From Octopus vulgaris (taxonomy: Eukaryota): 64,000 nucleotides of DNA. Below the pieces are notes generated by a model. It was given only the letters and a program-made list of their open reading frames with translations. It had not been told where the DNA came from and ran no database searches. The stretch lies in contig OX597839.1 of assembly GCA_951406725.2 (NCBI GenBank), positions 9,610,001-9,674,000 of the forward strand, written 5' to 3'. A program made the translations under genes and the position numbers. Below, piece after piece: positions 36,531 to 50,222 of this stretch. Within the stretch, counting starts at the first letter, position 1. Each line of letters starts with the position of its first letter.

Positions 36531-39500
36531 CTAAACCTCAAAACAACATCCTTGCTAACTAATACAGCACAACAACAACAACAGCAATAATAATGGAGCA
36601 ACTCTAGAATATCTCAAAATATGTCCAGAAATGATCATTTTTGATTCTTTCTCATTTGTTTTTTGTTTAACTGCTTCTCTAACATACACAAAAATATAAT
36701 ATAAGCGTTTATACACACACACGATGTGTGTGTGTGATATGGGTAGGAAACGTATGTAGTTTTCATTCTGGTTCTACATTGGGTCCCTAGGAATATTAAT
36801 TGGAATTTTCCCCTCTAAAAAGTGTTTGAGATAAAAAGAAAAAACAATAACAACAACAACAACAATAATAACAGTGCTAATAACAAAAATTACATTTTGT
36901 GTTTTGCAATGGTGAAATGAATAAACAATTAAATTTTCTTACCAGGAGATGATGGAGATAGATGACTGACAATGTTGATAATGATTATTATTATTATTAT
37001 TATGACGAATAATAAACAGAAAGCAAGGCAGGTTTGATGTGAACCCCCACTATTCACCACCACCACTAGTTCCTGGAAGAGGACAGTCAGACAGCTTACT
37101 ACTGGCACAGCTGCCCTCTTTATCTAAACATTCCTACATTTATACACACTAACATACACACACACTGTGTTTATCTAACAGTGGTGTGAGAGGATGAGAA
37201 TGAATGAGATGGCAGTGGTGTTAGCGGTAGTCTTGTTATTGTTTAGCCCTAGGCAAGTTGTGATGGAGCAGATCTATGGCCAAACATATTCACTTATATA
37301 CATTTTTTCTTTTTTATCCTGTGTAAATTTTTATCCAGTATATTATCCAGTATTCCTTTGGCAAGACAGTACAATGTAATCTAAGGGAGATTTGGCTGTT
37401 ATTTCTAGCAAGTCCAGTGACTAGTGTTAGTGGTGGAATCTTTCAGGGTTTGAACCGAGCAGAGACCAGCTTAGCCAGAAGAGATGTAATTACATATCAA
37501 ACTGCCCAGTGTGACACAACAAAGGTTTCCCGCCTCATGTGTGTAATTTGTCTATGTTCATATTCACTGTCCACTCTGTGGACACTCCACACTCCACTGG
37601 ATAATGTCCTCTGCAGCTTAATTACAGTAGGATGAGGCTGGCTTGTTGAGACACACGGACCAAGCTGGTTATAATAGGGTTTTCTTTCAAGTGTGCTGGA
37701 GAACAAACAGGGAGACGAAATGAGCAGGGGATACTGCTGCTACAGCTACTACTACTACTGCTGCTGTAGTAGTTGCTGCCACTGCCCCAAACATTCTACT
37801 GCTGCTATTAGCAGTTGTGGTAGTTGTACTTAGTATCTTCTACAGCTGTGGTTCATTCACAGAGATCAAATCACCCTGCACTTACTCTAGCCTATCTCTC
37901 TCTCTGTCTGTCTTTCTTTCTCTCTCATCTTTCCTCTACTGGAGAGATAACAGTCATGTTACTGCTGATTAAAGGATGTATCTTTGTGCCTATCTATTTG
38001 TTTATATATCTTTCTATCTATCTATCAGATAGACACTATCCACCCTTATCTATGAATGCATGTAAGCATCATATATTTATTATAATGGATATCTATCCAT
38101 TTACCAATCTAACTAGCTATCTGAGTGTGTGTGTGTGTGTGTGTGTATGTGCATGTGTGTGTGTAAATAAATAAATAAATATATATATATAATGGCGGTG
38201 CCGCAGCATGGCCACAGCTCGTGAGCTGAAACTAGATAAAATAAAATAAAATAAACAAAAAATTAAAATATATATATATGTATATATAATCCATTGATAA
38301 TTACACATACACGCATATACACAGCTTAATATGTGTGTTTGTGTATGTGTGCATGCATGTCTGTGTGTGCGTGTAAATATATATATGTATATATATCCAT
38401 CTGTCAAGCCTATAATAAACTGTATGTATAAAATAAGAAAAAGAGAAGAGTCAGAGTGAAGTTTTATCTCCTGGGTAAGTGAAAACACACAAACACACAC
38501 AATTTCTTTGTTTCTCTTTCAATATGGTGTACAAAAACATGTGTGCGTGAGTGAGTGAGTGTGCACACGCAAGCGTGAATGCATGCACATACACGCAGAG
38601 GGTATCCCTACATTATATTGATGCAGCCAGCTAGGGATGGTTGCCATAGCAGCAGGGAGATCTGGAATTCCTCAATATTACACACAGACACACACCACAC
38701 ACACTCACACAATATCCCTGGAGCTCAGCTGCTTCTGGGGTTCTGTCTGCCCCTCACATCCCACTCCCGTCCTGCCTGATACTGACCAGTTGATGCTAAA
38801 AATCTAACATCCGCTACACTCCTGCTAGGGGGGATAGGACTCAAAAGTGATGGTGATGGTTGTGGTGGTGATGGGGATCGTGAATGTTCTGGTGTTGGTG
38901 GTAGAAGCAATGGTAGTAATGATGGTTGTTGTTTTTCTTTGGAGTTGTCTTTAGCTAGCAAATATTGGAATTTTCAAAGTAAAACATTTTTGCTCCTGAC
39001 ACTCACCGCCGCCGCCGCTACCACCACCACTACCCCCTCCACATTTTGCAAAGCATAAAAGAATTTCACAATCCTGATAATGACAGACCTTTTCATCAAT
39101 GTGTGAAGAGACAGATAACACATCCACCTCTCCCTCACACACACACACACACACACACCATCACAGACATATATCGACACCTTCAATACTTATACACAAC
39201 TCCTTCACTGCACATGCACACACACAGACCTTAACCACACTCACACTTCTGCCACACATACACACATACTTCCATCATTACACATACCACCTACATACAC
39301 CACTGCCACCTCACATTATCCCCCACTGCAACTACCACCACCACCACCACCATCACCACTACCACTACCACCACCACCACCACTACCTACATGGAAAAAT
39401 AACCCCACACAACCTCCAGTATACCAATTGCCATTATCCAAAACTACTACCAACACCACAACCCTACCAAACCACTATTACCATTGCCTTACAACCACCA

Positions 39501-39992
39501 TCACCCATTTAAGGAATGACAAAAAAACCCCAATAAAATCAATACCCCACTCCCCACATACACACAACCTTCTATCACCTGTATTGCCTCAACATTGAAA
39601 TAATGACAATTATTCAATAAATAACGCTAATGAACCTTTTCAGATTCTAATTATTCAATCAATAAAAAAAACACTCCACTCCTTCCCATAAACTCTATTT
39701 TCTTTTGACGCCATCAAGAATTATCCTGATCAGTGAAATCACTTTTAACACCAAGATTATCAAATGTCTGACGAGAATTGTTCATAAAAAGATAAGCTCA
39801 GTCTATTTCAATGAGTTTTGATTCTGCTCAGATGTTTAATTCCTTTCTGGGTAATCTTTTATTTGTTTCAGTCATTAGACTATGGCCATGCAGGGGGTAC
39901 TGCCTTGGAGAATCTTTTAGTTGAATGAATTGACCCCACGACTCAATATTTTGCTAAGCCTGGTACTTATTCTATCAGTCTCCTCTACCAAA

Positions 39993-40333
39993 CTGTTTTC
40001 TGACTTTGTAAACATGTCCACAGCTGTTAGACAGGTGGAGTTTGAAAAGGTGCTCAGAGTTATTGTTTGTAAGATGGTTAATAGTTTTACGGGTGTCTGC
40101 CAAGTCAGCTGCCAGACGTCGAAGTTTCAATGTCTCCATGCCCAGAGAAGTAAGGTGTTCAGAATATGGCAAAAGCCTGATGGAGGGTATTCTCTTGGTT
40201 GCACGTCGCTGAACGGCTTCCAGACGATTAATATCCTGGGCAAGATAGGGGTTCCAGACTGGTGATGCAAATTCCAGGTGAGGTCGTACCATAGCTATAT
40301 AAAGCCGCAGATAGATAGTCGGAGAGCGGCTCA
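39993..40333 (-). mobile_element. CR1 LINE fragment
   Basis: [21 protein letters not shown]...[13 protein letters not shown]; same family as 17332-18128. Confidence 0.9.
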
Positions 40334-40776
40334 CAGTCCCATGCTAGGCAAAGACATCAGTGATTTTACCAAATGAAACTTAAAGAAGGCTGTGTGTATT
40401 TGTTGACACTGCGTGCTAGATGTAAACAAATGTTACCACCATTATAAGCAGTGTTGCTCAGCCACCATGTTGGGGACAGGTGAGGACTAGTGTCAAGAGT
40501 GCTCAGCCTGCCCCCAAACCTCAAAAATTTTGTCCTACCCATGCAAACATGGGAAAATGGGTATGATGTTGAGGACACAAATATGTCTGTGTGTGTGTAC
40601 ATGTACAAACACAGATTCTAAATATTGTGAACATACAAACTAAATATTGTATGTGTATGTGTGTATACACACATAAATATACATATATATATACACACAC
40701 ATATATATATATATACACACACGCACACACATATATGCACACACACACACATATATACACACACACACACATATAT

Positions 40777-40837
<61 letters not shown>

Positions 40838-40838
40838 A

Positions 40839-40904
<66 letters not shown>

Positions 40905-41875
40905 GTACTCTGAGTGTTTAACATAAAGGTGACTGATGATGATTGAAAAGCAAGTGAACTGTCATACTTAAGAAAATGGTTTTAAACTTTTAAAACTGCC
41001 CAGCATCGTGGAAAAGAAGAAAAGAAAGAAAAAGAATTATATGGAGGCTAACTACCTTGTCTTCTCTTTAATAAAGCGGCTGGTGCCAAAAAGTTCAGAT
41101 ATTTTGGGGGAGGGGAAGCAATGTAGATTGGTATTTCTCTCTCTCTCTCTCACACACATACACACACACTCACTCACTGTAATACTTTTGATTTGTATTT
41201 CTTAAATTTCTGACATGAAACCATGGCTATTTTAAGCAAACTGGCCCTAGATTTGAAGTCGTTATTTTATATATCCATCCATGCATTTTTTCCATTCATA
41301 TTCCTAAGAGGGTTGTGGAAGTAGAGTCACCAGGCACTTCCTCCACAGAAACCTATCAGAAGCAACTCTCATTACACTTCCCAGCTGGATTCTCAAGTCT
41401 GACCAACTGAGGCTATAGATATTAATCCAACCATCTTCTTTATTTCATTTAATTTGCCACAAGGGCATCACACAGATAGAAGCTTTGCGGGCTGGACACG
41501 GACATTAATGGGATGAATGATAATGATGCAAAAATGATGATGATGGGAGAAGACAAAAAGCACCCGCCGACTTTCGCTTCCAACCATCTTCTTACTCTAT
41601 CACTAGGTCTCCTACCAGTTCGCTTGGCTTTAGAATCCATTCCCTAACTCACCTCTTTGACATTCTAACTGAAAACATTCTAACATATTTGAAATGTTGA
41701 GTGACTCACACAGTAAAACACTTCATAATTCTACTGAGATACAATTCAAAAATAAAAGTTCTTTATATATCAGTTCATTTACTTAGTGGGAGTTGACAGT
41801 TTTTTTTTTTTGTTTTTTGGATATTCATCTGTATGGGATTGTTTCTTTATTGTGTGATATCATGATATAATTTTC

Positions 41876-42303
41876 GGATCTTTCCGGTTTGAACGGCAGT
41901 TTTTTCTAGCAGTGTCATATGAAATTGTCACCCATAATTATGACCCTAGTATCGATCTATTGCATTTCAATCTGTTTTAGGGTTAGGGTTGGTTAGGGTT
42001 AGGGGTGGGGGGAAGGGTATCTTTTTTCACAAATGTAAATAAACCCAATCTGTTTCTTAAACGAGGGACATATTCATATGGCACAGAATGTTTTCACCTC
42101 AATAGACGTCATTGATTGGTTGAAATTGCAGAAATTGAAGAAAAAAAAAAAAACAACAAATATCTTACAAACTATAGAATTTTCCCAATAAAGCCAAGAG
42201 AAAAATATGTTTTATAAACACATTCTACCAGTATACAAAGTTTAAAAGTGTTTAGTTATGTGGAAATTATTTTAAAAAACTGCTGTTCAAACTGAAAGGA
42301 ACC
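41876..42303. mobile_element. MITE with TIR GGATCTTTCCGGTTTGAACGGCAGTTTTT and internal TTAGGG repeats
   Basis: Terminal inverted repeats; second copy inverted at 48359-48758. Confidence 0.8.
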
Positions 42304-42753
42304 TAATTTTCTTTTTCAAATAATATTTATCATAGTGAAACATATTTGAAATTAGGGTGAGACACCCCTATACTGATTTCAGACAATCAGGTTGGGCAAT
42401 ACAAGAGTATCATGATATAACAATTTCCTTTAATTTCTAAGTTTTCTTCTTTCTACTATATTTTTCAATGCAGATAAACTATATTAACAATAACTTTATT
42501 ATATTTTATAATCAATATTAGTCATTATATTATATATTATTCTACAATGAAAATTCTCTTTAGTTTTCTAAATCGCTTTCAACATAATACATATGAGATT
42601 ACTGTATACAGTGCTCAGGTGCAATGCATTCTATTGGATAAAATGAAAAGGACAGAAACCAACAATAAGTCAAGAAAGAAAAGACAGCAATGATAGCTAA
42701 AAGTGCATGCAAAGTACGCAGGATAAAACACAGAAAGGTGGAACATTAAATGA

Positions 42754-42972
42754 TGTGGAGGCACATGGCCTAGTGATTAGAGCAGCGGACTCGTGGTCGA
42801 GGGATCGAGGGTTCGAATCTCAGACCGGAAGATGTGTGTGTTTATGAGCGAAACACCTAAGCTCCACACGGCTCCGGCAGAAGGTAATGGCGAAACTTCT
42901 GCTGAATCTTTCGCCACAACTTCCTCTCACTGTTTCCTCCTGCATCTTGCAGTTCACCTGCGATGGACCGGC
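42754..42972 (+). mobile_element. SINE family C, 3'-truncated
   Basis: Highly similar to 11762-11975. Confidence 0.85.
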
Positions 42973-43297
42973 GAAACAAATCTGGAGAAACAAATCTGTA
43001 GCTTACACTTAGTTGTTTGGTTAACTACCATTAGATAATGTAGTGAGAGATACACCACGTGTGAACAAAAAAGAAGCAAGCCACACATTTGATTGAAAGT
43101 GTGCTGGATCAAGACTGACAGGAGACTTTGCATCAAGGTACATCAAATAAAGTAACCTATTAGATAATGTAGTCCTAGATGCACTGTACCTAAATAAAAG
43201 ACACTACATGCAATTTACTATAGACAGATGAATGGATATGTCTGCACATAAACATACATGCATGCAGCTCAATAGATATACACTTAGCTAGCTACTC

Positions 43298-43515
43298 TCT
43301 CTTTTACTTGTTTCAGTCATTTGACTGCGGCCATGCTGGAGCACCGCCTTTAATTGAGCAACTCGACCCCGGGACTTATTCTTTGTAAGCCCAGTACTTA
43401 TTCTATCAGTCTCTTTTGCCTAACCGCTAAGTGACGGAGGCATAAACACACCAGCATCGGTTGTCAAGCAATGCAAGGGGGACAAATACAGACACACAAA
43501 CATACATATACACAC

Positions 43516-43572
<57 letters not shown>

Positions 43573-43754
43573 TATATATATATATACATATATACGACGG
43601 GCTTCTTTCAGTTTCTGTCTACCGAATCCACTCACAAGGCTTTGGTCGGCCCGAGGCTATGGTAGAAGACACTTGCCCAAGGTACCATGCAGTGGGACTG
43701 AACCTGGAACCATGTGGTTGGTAAGCAAGCTACTTACCACACAGCCACTCCTGC
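43298..43754 (-). mobile_element. SINE family A
   Basis: Similar to 825-1225. Confidence 0.85.
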
Positions 43755-44350
43755 TAGTTAGATATATGAATGGATGACAGATAGATGGGCATACACACAC
43801 TCACTAACTCATTCAAAGTGCTGCAATAACGAAGTTTATGACAGTGCCCTTTCTTGCTAATCATTGCTGAAGAGGAATGTGCTTCTATGGATGGTAATGA
43901 TAAAATGCCAGGCAGCAGAAAGAGACCAAAGTCAGGACCATATAAGAGCAGCAACAAGAATGTTATAGAAAACATGTGTGAGACTGACCTCCCGTTCATG
44001 AGACTACTATTTCCTGTCAGGTTTCAGTTTATCATGTCTATTAAGGCAAGTGAAGTCTGTAAAATTGGTCAGTTTGACCCTTGAGACATTGTTTCTCTCA
44101 TACTCAAGTGTATATGGACATAGGAAATAACGTGTACGAATTAACCCTTTAACACATGTTAAAGGGTTAATATGTATCAGAATGCATGGTTTACAACCAA
44201 GCAATATAATAGAAAGTAGTTCAATATAAAATACCTGAATAGGATGGTCATGCCTGGAGCATCTTTAATTATAGGTTTGTTGGATCAAACAGTTGCTAAA
44301 CAACACTAAAAACCCATCACCAAAATTCAGTAAATCTGATCATCTCTTTC

Positions 44351-44643
44351 ATGGCCGGTTTAAACACTAAAGGGTTAGTATATGAAGAAACCATGTAGAG
44401 GCTTTGTTGCTGTCTTGCCTAATCAAAGACATTACAGCAGTGACCATCCTGTCATCTTTTAAAGGTTTGGTTTAAGGGTAATTTGGATGATATGCTAGAA
44501 ATAGCAGCCAAATTACCCTTAAACCAAACCTTTAAAAGATGACAGGATGGTCACTGCTGTAATGTCTTTGATTAGGCAAGACAGCAACAAAGCCTCTACA
44601 TGGTTTCTTCATATACTAACCCTTTAGTGTTTAAACCGGCCAT
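44351..44643. repeat. Perfect 136-bp inverted repeat with 21-nt spacer
   Basis: 44351-44486 is the exact reverse complement of 44508-44643. Confidence 0.97.
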
Positions 44644-45023
44644 ATCTGGCCCAAATATTCTATGTTTTATAATCAAACTGGGAATATCTAGCCCCTCAAA
44701 CCTAACCTACATTGACATTAAAAAAATAAACAATCACATCATTGAAACCTCAAAGCTATGAGATAATGTATGATTAATTCAAAACAATTTGAGTGAAAAA
44801 GTATTACATTTAACAGAGTAATCTGAACACGAAAGGGTTAAAACAAGTAAATTATAATTTTGATTTTAGAACAAGAAAAACAACAACAGTAACAATAATA
44901 TCATAAAAAGGGTCAAAGGCATTATCTGTTTTCCTCTGAATGTGCCATTACAAAAAAATAAAGGGGGAGGAGGGAAAGACAGACAGACAGACAAAAACAA
45001 GAAAGCAGGAAATAAACACTTAC

Positions 45024-45152
45024 TCTTAGTTTTTCTAACTTCTTACGTCCTAGGTAACCACGGCAGCAGGCTTGGAATTTGGTAATTGTTCCTGTGATCT
45101 TCTCATCACGAGCCACTTCAAGGCTAGTAAGTGAACCAGCACGGAAGAAAAC
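45024..45152 (-). CDS. MYO18A: Myosin-XVIII exon (end of motor/converter + IQ), 43 codons [43 protein letters not shown]
   Basis: Acceptor tattacAG and donor AGA|GTAAGT, 129 nt. VFFRAG motif and IQ motif FQACCRGYL; joins in frame to the 5646-5789 exon. Confidence 0.95.
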
Positions 45153-45622
45153 CTGTAATATTGAAAATGATATATGCAATTAAGAAAGAAGTCTATCTGC
45201 TGAGTTCATAAACCTAACCATTATTGAAATCACTGTTATTAACCTTTTTGATAACAATCCCACCTGAAACTTCTGCGATGCATGTTCTATGATGCGAAAA
45301 TCTCTAGTGTTAATGTGTTTATATATAAGTTAATTTCTTCCAAAATTTATGTAAGAACCTTATATTAGTTATATTATAAACATTGGATGAATAACAAAGA
45401 AGTTGGTGATAACATGAATTGTAGATTTTTTTCAAAATTAATTGGAATATATAATAAAAACAGTGTGTTTAAATAGACACATAGTCACAGGAGGGTGAAA
45501 TCTTCAAAATTGCTGATGTGATATTGCATACAAAACATAGGCATAAATTGAAAGACAGAGAGAGAAATTAATTATAACAAACATAGGGATAAATTGAGAG
45601 AGAGGTGAGAGAGAGTGGGGAG

Positions 45623-45671
<49 letters not shown>

Positions 45672-46441
45672 TTAATTATAACAACCCCCATAGCTTGGTT
45701 GCTATTTCACTGAACCATAAAAGGATGAAATACTGAAAATGACCTTTGCAAAATTTGAACTTACAATGTAAAGTTACGTAACTAAATACCAGGCATTTTG
45801 TCTGACATTAATGATATTGAAAATTCATTACCAGTGTAATATTGATATCAAGCGCCCTTAGAATTTTAAGGGCCAGAAGTGCTTAGATCTGATTTTATGA
45901 AGAAGGATGCATAAGGTGAATATCTTCTTGGTAAGACAGTGCATTCAGAAAGGTGCTAAAAGGGCAGAGACATTGCAGAGTTAAAGGGGTTCTTTATTTT
46001 ATCTTGTCAAGGACATGACAACCTCTCTAGTCTAGTTCCATGATAAAATGCACCTAGACTATTTTGTGAAGTGATAGATGTTATGAAGGACATCTAACCT
46101 TAGAAACCAGATAAAAATGAACTTGAATGTGCTAGTGAGACATAGTAAGACTGTGCATAGATGGGCAGTAAATACAAATAAGAACTGATTCAGGATAACC
46201 CATCCAGCCCCTGCCAGTATGGGAAGCAGATGGATGATGATGACAATGATAAGACTTTCATAGAAAACAATCCTCTAAACATCTTGTTTGGGTGCACCAA
46301 AATGAGGTACATGTTTTGCTCCAGAAATGGATTTGAACTCATGATCTCTAAGCAAATAGGCCAGTTCTCCTGAACTCTCTTGCTTCTCTAATCAGATAAT
46401 GCCAGTTCAAATATGTGTATTGCATTTCTTTGACATAGATA

Positions 46442-46653
46442 CTCTTTACTCTTTTACTTGTTTCAGACATTTGACTGCAGTCATGCTGGAGCAACACCTT
46501 TAGTTGAGCAAATTGACCCCAGGACTTATTCTTTGTAAGCCTAGTACTTATTCTATCGGTCTCTTTTGCCGAACCGCTAAGTTACGGCAACGTAAACACA
46601 CCAGCGTCTGTTGTCAAGTGATGTTGGGGGGACAAACACAGATACACAAACAT

Positions 46654-46688
<35 letters not shown>

Positions 46689-46841
46689 CGACGGGCATCT
46701 TTCAGTTTCCGTCTACCAAATCCACTCACAAGGCTTTGGTCGACCCGAGGTTATAGTAGAAGACACTTGCCCAAGGTGCCACGCAGTGGGACTGAACCTG
46801 GAACCATGTAGTTGGTAAAGAAGCTACTTACCACACAGCCA
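46442..46841 (-). mobile_element. SINE family A
   Basis: Similar to 825-1225. Confidence 0.85.
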
Positions 46842-47488
46842 TACAAAGGGAATGTTTCAAGGAAGGGCATAGCATCAATATATTAGCAGTACTTATTTTA
46901 TTGGTTCCAAGGAGGTGAAGATCACCAGCGTGAGATTTGAACTCAGAATCATGATAGATGAAATTCTGTGAGGTGAATCATTTTCTATTTGCGCTTTCCC
47001 CATTTTCTTTCTACCCACAATCTACTGACAAAGATGAATATCTTTTAGTACATCAGGTCTCAGGCCACAAATTTATAGGGAGAGGTGATAGTGGATTTAA
47101 TCAGCTCTCATATATAATAGGTATTTAAGGTATTTATCAACTCGAGAGAGCCTCTATATAGACTCTCAGATGGGTAGAAATAACAGCCAAATCTTTTTAA
47201 ATCAATGCATCATCTAAACAAAAGGGGCTTATTGTAACAATGTAAGCAAAGCTATAAGACCTTTAACCATAGACTTGCTTAATTAGAGCAGACCAGGGGC
47301 TAAAAAGCAACAACAATTAAATATAAAGCTACATTTTGTAAAGATATATGTCTATCAGATATGGTCTGTATTATCAAAGAAATAGTTTATAATGAGATAC
47401 ATAAAAAAAAGAGAAAGCTAAATTTGTGTGTCTTGTTTCAGATAAGGCTTTCTTTAAAGAAGAAATGAAGGGAAATATACTTAAAATC

Positions 47489-47661
47489 GGCGTAACTTCG
47501 GTATATGTACCAGTGTAAGTACATTTCAAGAAAGTGTTTTTTTATATATGGGGGGATTTATTGTTAGGGTTAGGGTTTGTGTTAGGGGTGGGAAAAAAGG
47601 GTTTCTGTTATCTTCAGAAATGTAAACAAAGTCACGTGTGTACCTATACCGAAGGTTCGCC
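47489..47661. mobile_element. Small MITE with internal TTAGGG repeats
   Basis: Imperfect TIR GGCGTAACTTCGGTATATGTAC / GTACCTATACCGAAGGTTCGCC. Confidence 0.65.
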
Positions 47662-48358
47662 TTTTGTAATCTTTTTTCCCTGTCATTCATACTTTGTCCA
47701 TTGACAAATATCTCGCCCCTACATTTCCTGGGGATCAACTTACTCCACAAACTTCCAGATCAATTCTTCTTGAGTTTTCGCCAAAGAAAGGGTCCTGTCT
47801 TGCTTTACCTAGAACATGTCTCGCATCCCCACAAGACTTGTGGAGATTTAAAGCCAACTAACTTTAGGCATTAATATCAAACCTATTCATACTGGGGAAA
47901 GGAATTACGATTTATATCAATGTGATACGTAAATCATATTAACAGTAAGATCACACTAACAAAAAAGCGAAGATAGAAATTACAGGGTTCAAGTCAGATT
48001 TCATAGATTTCTGGAAGAAAAGTTTCTGTAGAAGATCAAAATAATCTCAAATAATAAGAGGAGAATATCAAACTAAAAGTCCGTTGATAAAGGGAAGTAA
48101 GTCCAGTTAAGGGAGGTAACTAATACAGACTGAAATCGGGTGGAAAGCTATCAAGTGATTTTGCCAATTGTCTTAAAAACGCTTTCTCTTGTGGAAACGA
48201 TAGAAATAACTTAATTTCGTTTTTGTTTGGGTTACGTGACTGTCTAAGAAACTAACCTTGGTTGATAAACACAGAAGGACGAGCAAGTGGATGGCTAAAA
48301 TAAATAAAATGTAATAGGAGTGTCATATCAATATATGACTGAAATTGAAAGGATTTTA

Positions 48359-48758
48359 GGATCTTTTCGGTTTGAACGGCAGTTTTTAACATAATTTCTA
48401 GGTAACTAAAAAATTTTAAACTTCGTATACTGGTAGAATGTGTTTATAAAACATCTTTTTCTCTTGGCTTTACTGAGAAAATTCTATAGTTTGTAAGATA
48501 TTTGTTGTTTTTTCTTCAATTTCAACCAATCACTGACGTCTATTGAGGTGAAAACATTCTGTGCCGTATGAATATGTCCCTCGTTAAAGAAACAGATTGG
48601 GTTTATTTACATTTGTGAAGAAAAAAAAGATACCCTTCCCCTCACACCTAACCCTAAAACAGATAGAAATGCAATAGATCGATACTAGGGTCGTATTTAT
48701 AGGTGACATTTTCATATGACACCGCTAGAAAAAACTGCCGTTCAAACCGAAAAGATAC
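48359..48758. mobile_element. MITE, inverted copy of 41876-42303
   Basis: Same TIRs; internal sequence is the reverse complement of the first copy. Confidence 0.8.
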
Positions 48759-49247
48759 GGATTTTATAAGAAACTAAGGGAATGAGCTCTTATTGAGCCA
48801 AATAACTCAACGAAGACAAGATGATTTAGTGTCAGTTCTCTGCAGGTCACTTTTGTCATCAAACAAGTATGAATGTTGCAGGATATCGTTTTTCTCAGTC
48901 GTGTATCACTGAAATTTGTAAGTAATGTAAGCTGACGAAAACTATTACATTTACACGCACACACACACACACACACACAATCATTGTGACATTCCGTCGG
49001 TTACGAAGACAATCATTCCAGTTGAACCGATCAACGAAACAGTTTGATCGTGAAATTAACGTGAAAGTGGCTGAGCACTCCACGGACACGTGTAACCCTT
49101 AACGTAGTTCTCAGGGAGATTCAGCGTGACAAGGTTGGCCCTGTGAATTTGGTAAACGGAAACTGAAAGAAGCCCGTCATGTAGGTCCATAGGTAAGCAT
49201 AATTGTGAAAGGTAAATTTGAGTTTATCATAACCTTTTATTACTCAA

Positions 49248-50222
49248 TGAGGGTCAGCTGAAAAGTTCATAAGCTGACCAAAATACTCTCATGCTATGTG
49301 ACCAAATGAGGTTTATTTTTCAACATAATTGCCTTTGCAGTCCACACCCTTCCATTGGTGTTGCAGTACTTAGATGCCGTTGGTGAAGAAGCTTTCATCT
49401 TGCTGGTTAAAAAAGGCATCAACAGCAGAGTACATCATCATCACTGCAATACTATTTCCCAGCCAAATGTTTTTTCAGGTTAGGGAAAAGATGATAGTAA
49501 AATGGAGCAAAAACAGGAGAATAGAAAGTATGATTGACCAGTTCAAAGCCACAGTTAAACACAACAGCCACTGAAAGCAAGGACTTGCGTTCTGGAGCAT
49601 TGTCCTGATGAAGCAAGACAGACTCCATCAGTTTTCCTGGGTGTTTGATCTTGATAGCCTTTCATAACTGCCTCAGCAAGTTGGCATAGCACTCTTCCTT
49701 GATGTTGTGACCCTTATGAAGATTGTCAATTAATGCCTTCTGCATCCCAAAAAACTGAGGTCATCACCTCCCCTGCAGATGAAATGGCTTTGGCCTTCAT
49801 TGGACCAGGTGAGGAGAGGCGTTTCCATTGCATGGATTGTCTCTCTGTCTCTGACTCAAAGTGATGAAGACAGCACATTCTGCATTAGGAAATGTTCAAA
49901 GAAACCGGCTGAATCTGCCTCAAATAACATCAGATCTTCCTGTAATGTGATAAGCCTGGTGTGCTTTTGATAAGCCTAGTGTACTTTTGATCAGGTGTTA
50001 GAAAACATGGCACCGATTAAGCAGAGACGTTCATCATGTCAAGGTCATTGTTCAGAATATTCTCAACTCTCTCATAGGATGTGCTAATAGCACTGGCTAT
50101 TTTATTTATAGTCAATTGTCTGTCATCTATCACAACATGGTGAACACAATCAATGTTTTCCTTCGTGGTGGTAGTTATAGGATGTCCCTTCACCTCATAA
50201 ATTCAACCACCCACTTTTGCAC
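49248..50222 (-). mobile_element. Degenerate mariner element
   Basis: GAGGGTCAGCTGAAAAGTTC terminus and minus-strand HQDNAP motif near 49593-49610. Confidence 0.7.

Noticed and set aside
41977-42005. Interstitial telomere or fusion site
   Set aside because: Only a few TTAGGG units, located inside a multi-copy MITE.
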